Of a stretch of DNA of 13,008 bases, positions 7,181-13,008 are shown in pieces; the stretch's first letter is position 1, and each line of letters starts with the position of its first letter. The DNA is from Vulcanimicrobiota bacterium. Its GTDB lineage: Bacteria; Vulcanimicrobiota; Vulcanimicrobiia; Vulcanimicrobiales; Vulcanimicrobiaceae. Made by a program: the position numbers and the translations under genes. The notes beneath the pieces were generated by a model. That model ran no database searches, was not told the DNA's origin, and saw nothing but the letters and a program-made list of their open reading frames with translations. The stretch is from the NCBI GenBank assembly GCA_003135555.1, contig PLCF01000004.1:1-13008 (forward strand), given 5' to 3'.

Positions 7181-8431
7181 TTAGCCGCTACGGTAGAACG
7201 TTCGATCGACGCGGTGATGTGCGGGGCGGCCGGAGGGCAGTATGATGATGACCGCGGCCGCGAGCAGCGCCGCGATGCAGCTGCCGAGTGCTACGCCGTA
7301 ACCCGACACGTCGATCAGGCGGCCGACTACGATGGGGCCGAGCGCTGAGACGATTCCGATTGGTACGCCTTGCGCCGCCAGGATCGTGCCGTACGAGCGG
7401 CGGCCGAAGCGCTCGGCCATGAGCGCGCCGCGCAACGGAAACGTCGCGCCGTAGGCTGCGCCGAAGGTGCAGACGTAGGCGACGACGCCGGGCAGCGTCG
7501 GCGCCGCGATCAGCAGCCCGATCCCGCAGGCTTCGATCGTGAACGCGACCGCGAACAGCACCGAGAACGGGATGCGCTCGCCGGACCACGCCACGAACCA
7601 GCGGCCCGGCAGGTACGCGAGCCCGAACAGTCCGACCAGCGTCGCGGCGAACGTCGGTGCGTAGCCGCGCGCGATAAGGTATGCGACGTGCTCGAGCAGC
7701 ACCGCTGTGCTGGCGAAGTACGCCAGCGCGATCGCGACGGTTGGAAACCAGAATCTGGAGCTGCGCATCGCGCTGGCGAACCTGACCCCGCTCTGCGGCG
7801 TGGACGGGCCCGCCGTCGCCGCGCCGTCCGGAAACAGTCCCATGTCCTCGGGGTGCCGCCGCACCAGCAGCGCGTGGAGCGGGAACGCGACGACAAGCTG
7901 CACGATCCCCAGGATCATCAGCGCGTCGCGCCAGCCCAGGCGCGCGATGAGCGCCCCGGCGATCGGATAGGTCAGCGTTGATGAGAACGCACCCATGAAC
8001 GTGAGCACCGCGAACGCGCGCGCGCGGCGGCGGTCGAACCAGTTCGCGACGACCGTCATCGTCACCGGATAGAAGGTCAGGGCTGAGCCGATCCCGATCC
8101 CCAGCGTCCACAAGAGGTCGAACTCGAGCAGCCTATGGACGTGCGCCAAGAGCAGCAGCGACGCCCCGGTGATGAGCGATCCGGTCGAGAGCAGCAGCCG
8201 CGCGCCGAGCCGGTCGAGCGCGCGTCCCAGCGCGAGTCCGGCGAAGCCCGAGATCAGCGCCACCCCGGAGTAGGCCAGCCCGATCGAGGCCTTGTCCCAA
8301 CCGAACTCGCGCGACACCGGATCGACCAGCAGGCCGAACAGGTACTGGTTGGTGCCGTAGGAGAGGATGGTCGTAAAGCCGAGCGCGACGCAGATCGCCC
8401 AGCCGTAGAAAAAGCCTTTTGAAACGCTCAG
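7181..8431 (-). CDS. MFS transporter (start uncertain, possibly CTG at 8431)
   Basis: Motif A GRALDRLGAR, NWFDRRRARA and ERFGRRSYG, with about 12 hydrophobic segments. The frame stays open upstream of the track's GTG 8317 and encodes KGFFYGWAICVALGFTTILSYGTNQYLFGLLVDP, a typical TM1. Confidence 0.9.
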   Translation of the reverse strand: MSVSKGFFYGWAICVALGFTTILSYGTNQYLFGLLVDPVSREFGWDKASIGLAYSGVALISGFAGLALGRALDRLGARLLLSTGSLITGASLLLLAHVHRLLEFDLLWTLGIGIGSALTFYPVTMTVVANWFDRRRARAFAVLTFMGAFSSTLTYPIAGALIARLGWRDALMILGIVQLVVAFPLHALLVRRHPEDMGLFPDGAATAGPSTPQSGVRFASAMRSSRFWFPTVAIALAYFASTAVLLEHVAYLIARGYAPTFAATLVGLFGLAYLPGRWFVAWSGERIPFSVLFAVAFTIEACGIGLLIAAPTLPGVVAYVCTFGAAYGATFPLRGALMAERFGRRSYGTILAAQGVPIGIVSALGPIVVGRLIDVSGYGVALGSCIAALLAAAVIIILPSGRPAHHRVDRTFYRSG

Positions 8432-8478
8432 GCCGCTGTGTTCAACCTCGGGGCCGGCGCGCGCCTGCGCCCACAGCG

Positions 8479-11076
8479 CTAGACGACGTCGGCGTCGTAG
8501 ATGATGCGGATCGTCGCGGTGCGGTGTCCTTTGGCGAACAGCGCAATGGAGAGATCGTTGTAGACGATCCCGGTGTCGCGGGCGTAGGTGTAGATCGCCC
8601 AGGGCCGCTCGCCCGTCGCCCGCATGCTGCAGCCCAGCTCGTGGAAGCGCGCGTAGGGCGTGCGCTTCGGGGCTCCATTGGCGGCGTCACCGAGTCCGAC
8701 GCGCGAGCACAGCAGGCTGATCTCGTCGTCGAAGAACCGCTTGATTCTGTTGTGGTCGAGGTCGACGGCGTGGTTGCCGGTCCAGGCTTGGCGGCACTCG
8801 CGGAAATGGGCGAAGCAATAGCCGTTGAGATCGACCGCGAACATCGCCTTGATCGCCGGGTGCTTGGGCACGTATTCGTCGATGAGGTCGTTGAAGCGAG
8901 CTTCGATCGCCGCGTCGTAGCGCGTCTCGAACTTGGGCGGGTCGAAACCGCTCTGGGGGACGCGCGAGACGTCGAACAGCCGGCCCAGCCGTGCGACGGC
9001 GGGACCGGTGAGCTCCACGTACGAGGTGTCGTAGCAGTCGTCGAGCCGCACGGTTCCCCGTTCGATCGCCGTTTCGTACGCGGCGTCCATCTGGGTCGTG
9101 ACCTCGATACCCAGCTCGCGGATACGCTCGGCGACGGTCCCGAGCGGGCGCCGAGCCGCGAGCGCGTGCGCGCGCATGCCCAGCATCGCGAGGTCCAGCC
9201 GTCGCCCGTCGGAAGCGGCGCCGGCATCGCTTTCCACGCGCTGCACCGCAATGTCGGTCGCGCGCCGGACGTCGGCGAGGGCGGCGAGCTGCTGCTCGAC
9301 CACGCCGGCCACCTCGGCCGCGCGATCCAGCGTCCCGTCGAGCTGCGTGCGCAACTCGCCGATCGAGAGCTGCATGCGGGTCGTCTCGTCGTGCACGTCG
9401 ACGGTCTGGGCGACCGCGCGCGCCGTGGTCTCGGTCATCGATCCGCTGGCCTGCGCGACGCCCGTAACGACGCCTGCGATCTGCTGCGTCGCGCGTGAGG
9501 TCGTCTCGGCCAGAGCACGGATCTCGTCGGCGATCACGCCGAAGCCGCTGCCTGCGAGGCCGGCGTGCGCCGCCTCGATCGCCGCGTTGAGCGACAGCAG
9601 CGTCGTCTCGCTGGAGATCGTGTCGATCAGATCGAGGATCGCCGCCGCGCGTTCGCTCGCCGCGGTGGTGGCGGCGACGAAGGATTCGGCATGCCGCACG
9701 TCGTCGCGGACCCGCACCACGCGTTCCAAGGCGCGTTGCAGCTCGTCGACCGACGCCGCGAATCCGGCGCGCATCTCGGCGAGCGAGTTGCGCATCCGCT
9801 GCGACGCCTGGGCGGCGACGTTCGCACCCGCCGCGGTTTCGTCGATGGCGTTGGTGGTCGAGCCCAGCTCGTCGTGCAGCGAGCTGAGCGCTGCGGCGAT
9901 CGCGCGCCACTCATAGCTGTTGCGGGCGATCGAGACCGCGATCGCGGTGATGAGGGCCAGGATCTCGCGCTGGTCGCCGTCGAGGCGCGCGCGCAGCGCT
10001 TCGGCCGCGGTGCGGACTTCCGGTGACGCCGCGGCGAGGTCGACCGGTACGGCTCCGGTTGCCGGTCGCCGATCGCCCAAGCGATAGGTCGCGATCGCGG
10101 TCTGCAAGCGGTCCAGCGCGTCGCCGATGGCGAGCGTCGCCGCCCGTTGCGCCGCCCCGGCGACGTCTTGGGCGTGGCGCGCCATCTGATCGACGCCCCC
10201 GGCGATCGACGAAAGGCTGACGGACTGTTCCCCGGCGATCGCGGCGACGTCGGCGATCGCGCGGTCCAGCGAGCGCACTTGTTCGCGCGTCTGGGACGAG
10301 CGGTCGCGAGCGGTGTGCAAGTCGCCGGCCAGGCCGCGCACCAGCCCGGCGGATTCGCCGATCGCGGTTTCGACCTGGCGGCTGGCTTCGTGCAGTTCCT
10401 TTTCGATCGCGGCGACGCTGGCGGCCGATTCGGCGGTCGAGGCCGCCAGTTGCTTCACCTCGGTCGCCACGATGACGAACCCGCGACCGTTCTCACCCAA
10501 ATGCGCGGCCTCAATCGCGGCGTTGATCGCCAGCAGTCGCGCTTGGCGCGCGATGCGGCGCAGCTGGTCGAGAAACGCCACGATCTCGCGTGAGCCGGAC
10601 TCCATCGCGGTGGCGAACGCGGCCGCGGCTTCGACGGTGGTCACGAGGTTGGCCAGGCCGGTAAGTACCGCGTCGATCCCGGTGTCGTAGCGGGTGGTAG
10701 AATCGGCCAGGGCACCGGCCAGGGCCCGCAGCCCGTCGGTCGTCTGCGCCACGTGAGCGGCGGCCTGATCGATCTCGGCGATCGCCGAAGCGGTGCGCTC
10801 GACGACGGCGCTCTGTTCGGCGGTGTTGGTAACGATGCGCTCGAGCTGCTCGGCGTTGAGCGCGGCGACCTCGGCGGCGCTCTGAACGATCTCGCGAAAG
10901 TCGAACATCTCGGCACGCAGCTCGTCGACGTAGCCGCGGGCCAGGGCCGCGTCGGGACAGGCCGCTTCATCGACCCCGGTCAGCGGCGCGGTGAGATCCC
11001 GGGTTCGCTCGCGCTCACGCAACCACGTAACGCAACGCTCAACCTGCGCAAGCGCTCCCGGCGCTAGCTCAACCAT
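8479..11076 (-). CDS. Soluble methyl-accepting chemotaxis protein with two tandem signalling domains and a C-terminal globular domain
   Basis: 865 aa. Hairpin tips LLAINAAIEAAHLGENGRGFVIVATEVKQLA and LLSLNAAIEAAHAGLAGSGFGVIADEIRALA. No clear TM helix. C-terminal motifs AVDLNGY, NRIKRFFDD and TYARDTG...DLS. Confidence 0.9.
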   Translation of the reverse strand: MVELAPGALAQVERCVTWLRERERTRDLTAPLTGVDEAACPDAALARGYVDELRAEMFDFREIVQSAAEVAALNAEQLERIVTNTAEQSAVVERTASAIAEIDQAAAHVAQTTDGLRALAGALADSTTRYDTGIDAVLTGLANLVTTVEAAAAFATAMESGSREIVAFLDQLRRIARQARLLAINAAIEAAHLGENGRGFVIVATEVKQLAASTAESAASVAAIEKELHEASRQVETAIGESAGLVRGLAGDLHTARDRSSQTREQVRSLDRAIADVAAIAGEQSVSLSSIAGGVDQMARHAQDVAGAAQRAATLAIGDALDRLQTAIATYRLGDRRPATGAVPVDLAAASPEVRTAAEALRARLDGDQREILALITAIAVSIARNSYEWRAIAAALSSLHDELGSTTNAIDETAAGANVAAQASQRMRNSLAEMRAGFAASVDELQRALERVVRVRDDVRHAESFVAATTAASERAAAILDLIDTISSETTLLSLNAAIEAAHAGLAGSGFGVIADEIRALAETTSRATQQIAGVVTGVAQASGSMTETTARAVAQTVDVHDETTRMQLSIGELRTQLDGTLDRAAEVAGVVEQQLAALADVRRATDIAVQRVESDAGAASDGRRLDLAMLGMRAHALAARRPLGTVAERIRELGIEVTTQMDAAYETAIERGTVRLDDCYDTSYVELTGPAVARLGRLFDVSRVPQSGFDPPKFETRYDAAIEARFNDLIDEYVPKHPAIKAMFAVDLNGYCFAHFRECRQAWTGNHAVDLDHNRIKRFFDDEISLLCSRVGLGDAANGAPKRTPYARFHELGCSMRATGERPWAIYTYARDTGIVYNDLSIALFAKGHRTATIRIIYDADVV

Positions 11077-11085
11077 ACTCTCTCT

Positions 11086-11093
11086 TCATCGGC
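11086..11093 (-). promoter_or_regulatory. Possible sigma-28 (FliA) -10 element upstream of the chemoreceptor
   Basis: GCCGATGA (7/8 match to GCCGATAA) lies 9 nt before the ATG. There is no TAAA at the canonical 15-nt spacing. Confidence 0.35.
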
Positions 11094-11160
11094 GGAAGGC
11101 GGCACTTCGCCGCATGGTTGTGCTAGTAAGCTTTACGATTAGGCATCGCCGGCTGCGTCC

Positions 11161-12153
11161 TCAGTGGATGATCGGGCCGGCTTGGATCACCTCGAACGCC
11201 GAGGCCGGGACCGTCTTGAGCTGGTCGAGCTCGGTGTCGTTCCAACGCGCGTCGGTCGCGCCGCTGACGAACCAGTCCGAGCCGTTGTCCGCGACGAACA
11301 TGCCGAAGCGCTTGAGCGCCGTCAAGACGGCACGGCTGGAGCCGGTGAACCGCGTGAGATCGTAGCCGGCTTTGAGCCGCACGCGCAGGCCCATCGGCGG
11401 GAGGGTCGGGTCGGTCGATGCGCTCGCGTAATGCGTGGCCGGGTGGATGAACGCGCGTTGCGTGCGCCGCACCGTGAAGCGTAGCGCGTGGTCGATCTCG
11501 CCCGTTTGCGCCGCTTCGTCGTAGCGGACGAGCCCGGCGAGAATCGGCAGGCCCGCGGCGTCGGCCGACGTCCAGGAGTCCGGCCGCAGCGCGTTCGAGC
11601 CGAGGTTGAAGACCGCGCCTGAACCGGCGTGCCAACCCGGCCCCACGTAGGTCGCGGCGTACATCTCGTAGAGCGTGCAGGCGTTCGCATCGACCACCAG
11701 CACGTGCCGGTCGCCGGTCGCGCCGGGGCCGCCTTCGGTGGGGGCGTTGGGCGGGATCGGGTACGGCCCGGGATCGCTTTCGCTCGCGAAATCGAAGCTG
11801 ACCGGGACCAGCGGTTGCCCGGCGCCGACCGACGTGTAGGGAATCCCGTAGGTCGGATTACTTCCGAAGTCCGGGTGCAGGAACGTCGTCGCGGCGTTCA
11901 TGCCGGCTAGGTACGCGCCGGAGTTGGCGTCGACGGGGAGCGACGAGATGTCGGCGTTCCACGGGTTGTCCGCCGGGAAGACGCGACACCCCGCGACCGC
12001 CGGCGTTCCCGCCACCGGAGCGGGCGTCACCGAGGGCGCGTTGGTCGGCGCGGTCGCCGCGAAGGGTGCGGCCGAGGTACCGCCGCCGCCGCATGCAGCG
12101 GCGAGCACCAGGACGGCCGACGCGACGGTCACGCGAGCAACGAGGCATCCCAT
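11161..12153 (-). CDS. Conserved hypothetical lipoprotein
   Basis: 330 aa. Hydrophobic leader ending LAAA-C21-GGGG, an Ala/Pro/Thr linker, then a globular domain with FPADNPWN, GDRH, SADAAGLP, HALRFT, PMGLRVRLK and ADNGS motifs that I recall from widespread uncharacterised secreted proteins. Confidence 0.8.
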   Translation of the reverse strand: MGCLVARVTVASAVLVLAAACGGGGTSAAPFAATAPTNAPSVTPAPVAGTPAVAGCRVFPADNPWNADISSLPVDANSGAYLAGMNAATTFLHPDFGSNPTYGIPYTSVGAGQPLVPVSFDFASESDPGPYPIPPNAPTEGGPGATGDRHVLVVDANACTLYEMYAATYVGPGWHAGSGAVFNLGSNALRPDSWTSADAAGLPILAGLVRYDEAAQTGEIDHALRFTVRRTQRAFIHPATHYASASTDPTLPPMGLRVRLKAGYDLTRFTGSSRAVLTALKRFGMFVADNGSDWFVSGATDARWNDTELDQLKTVPASAFEVIQAGPIIH

Positions 12154-12253
12154 ACTCTCGGCTTGCCCGCGCCGGCGTCGCCGCCTGCGTGAGCCGGGCC
12201 ACTTGCCGTAGCGTGGCGGGACGCTCGGCTCGTGTCAAGCAACACCACGAGCG

Positions 12254-13008
12254 ATGCAAACGCAGACACAGAATCGGCAATTCAAGCTCGCAGCGCGCCC
12301 GGTGGGGATGCCCAAACGCAGCGATTGGGACCTCGTTACCGAGCCCGTTCGCGAGGTCGGGGAGGGCGAGGTTTCGGTCCGGACGCTGTACCTTTCGCTC
12401 GATCCGGCGATGCGCGGTTGGATGAACGACGTGCGTTCGTACGTCCCGCCGGTCGGGATCGGCGAGGTCATGCGGGCATTCGGCGCGGGCCGCGTGACGG
12501 CCAGTCGGCATCCCGGATTCACCGTGGGGGACTACGTGACCGGGACGCTGGGCGTGCAAGAGTACGCGGTGATGGACGGCGCGCAGCTCACCCGCGCCGA
12601 CGTCGCGGCGGTGCCGCTGACCGCGCACGTCTCGGCGCTGGGGATGACCGGGATGACGGCCTACTTCGGCCTGCTCGACGTCGGCCGGCCCGAAGCCGGC
12701 CAGACGGTGGTCGTCTCCGGCGCGGCCGGCGCGGTCGGCACCGTCGTCGGACAGATCGCGAAAATCAAAGGCTGCCGCGTGGTCGGGATCGCCGGTGGTG
12801 CCGAGAAGTGCCGCTACGTCGTCGACGAACTGGGCTTCGACGCGGCGGTGGACTACAAGTCCGAGAACGTCGTCAAGGCGTTGCGCGAACACTGTCCGCG
12901 CGGGATCGACGTGTATTTCGACAACGTCGGCGGCGAGATTCTCGACGCCTGTCTGGCCAATCTGGCGCGGCGCGCGCGTATCGTGATCTGCGGCGCGATC
13001 TCGCAGTA
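12254..13008 (+). CDS. NADP-dependent oxidoreductase (MDR superfamily, prostaglandin reductase/CurA-like), 3' end outside window
   Basis: Not in the ORF track. ATG 12254 gives MQTQTQNRQFKLAARPVGMP...YLSLDPAMRGWM...LGMTGMTAYFGL...VSGAAGAVG...GIDVYFDNVGG...CGAISQ. Confidence 0.95.
   Translation, partial: MQTQTQNRQFKLAARPVGMPKRSDWDLVTEPVREVGEGEVSVRTLYLSLDPAMRGWMNDVRSYVPPVGIGEVMRAFGAGRVTASRHPGFTVGDYVTGTLGVQEYAVMDGAQLTRADVAAVPLTAHVSALGMTGMTAYFGLLDVGRPEAGQTVVVSGAAGAVGTVVGQIAKIKGCRVVGIAGGAEKCRYVVDELGFDAAVDYKSENVVKALREHCPRGIDVYFDNVGGEILDACLANLARRARIVICGAISQ

Noticed and set aside
2800..7200. Target-site duplication, matching att site or integrase at the island ends
   Set aside because: By eye I found no second copy of the 2797-2830 site or a direct repeat near 7180, and no recombinase gene. 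A computational repeat search could still find a short one.
6995..7348. 117 aa plus-strand ORF after the immunity gene, considered as a second immunity or orphan gene
   Set aside because: It overlaps the MFS antisense, and the neighbouring frame matches an IS3 transposase better.
9905..9965. ILALITAIAVSIA as a transmembrane helix in the MCP
   Set aside because: Only about 13 residues, flanked by charged residues, and consistent with a coiled-coil helix.
8419..11067. Multiple 100-400 aa ORFs overlapping the MCP
   Set aside because: Shadow or antisense frames of a well-supported gene.
11091..11111. GGCGGAAG...CTTCGCC hairpin as an intrinsic terminator
   Set aside because: Imperfect stem, no U-tract on the coding strand, and it overlaps the putative MCP promoter.
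11858..12892. 344 aa minus-strand ORF
   Set aside because: It is antisense to the clearly recognisable NADP-dependent oxidoreductase starting at 12254.
1..13008. CRISPR array, tRNA or rRNA genes
   Set aside because: No regularly spaced repeats or recognisable RNA gene sequence. Intergenic gaps are short.

Overview
High-GC bacterial DNA interrupted by a ~4.4 kb lower-GC island (~2806-7180). Left flank: the 3' end of a 2-oxoacid:ferredoxin oxidoreductase beta subunit, a stand-alone CHAD protein, a metallo-beta-lactamase-fold hydrolase with a Tat-like leader, and the orphan 3' end of a secretin-like gene. The island carries an apparently 5'-truncated, cysteine-paired RHS/YD-repeat polymorphic toxin with a divergent core motif, a ~153 aa C-terminal region and a coupled putative immunity gene, followed by a decayed IS3-family transposase fragment. 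The secretin and RHS remnants meet head-to-head at a perfect 9-16-9 inverted repeat (2797-2830), which is either a real rearrangement scar or a chimeric junction. Right flank: an MFS transporter with no canonical start codon, a soluble chemoreceptor with two tandem signalling hairpins, a conserved lipoprotein of unknown function, and the 5' part of an NADP-dependent oxidoreductase. All family calls come from motif recognition by eye; no searches were run.
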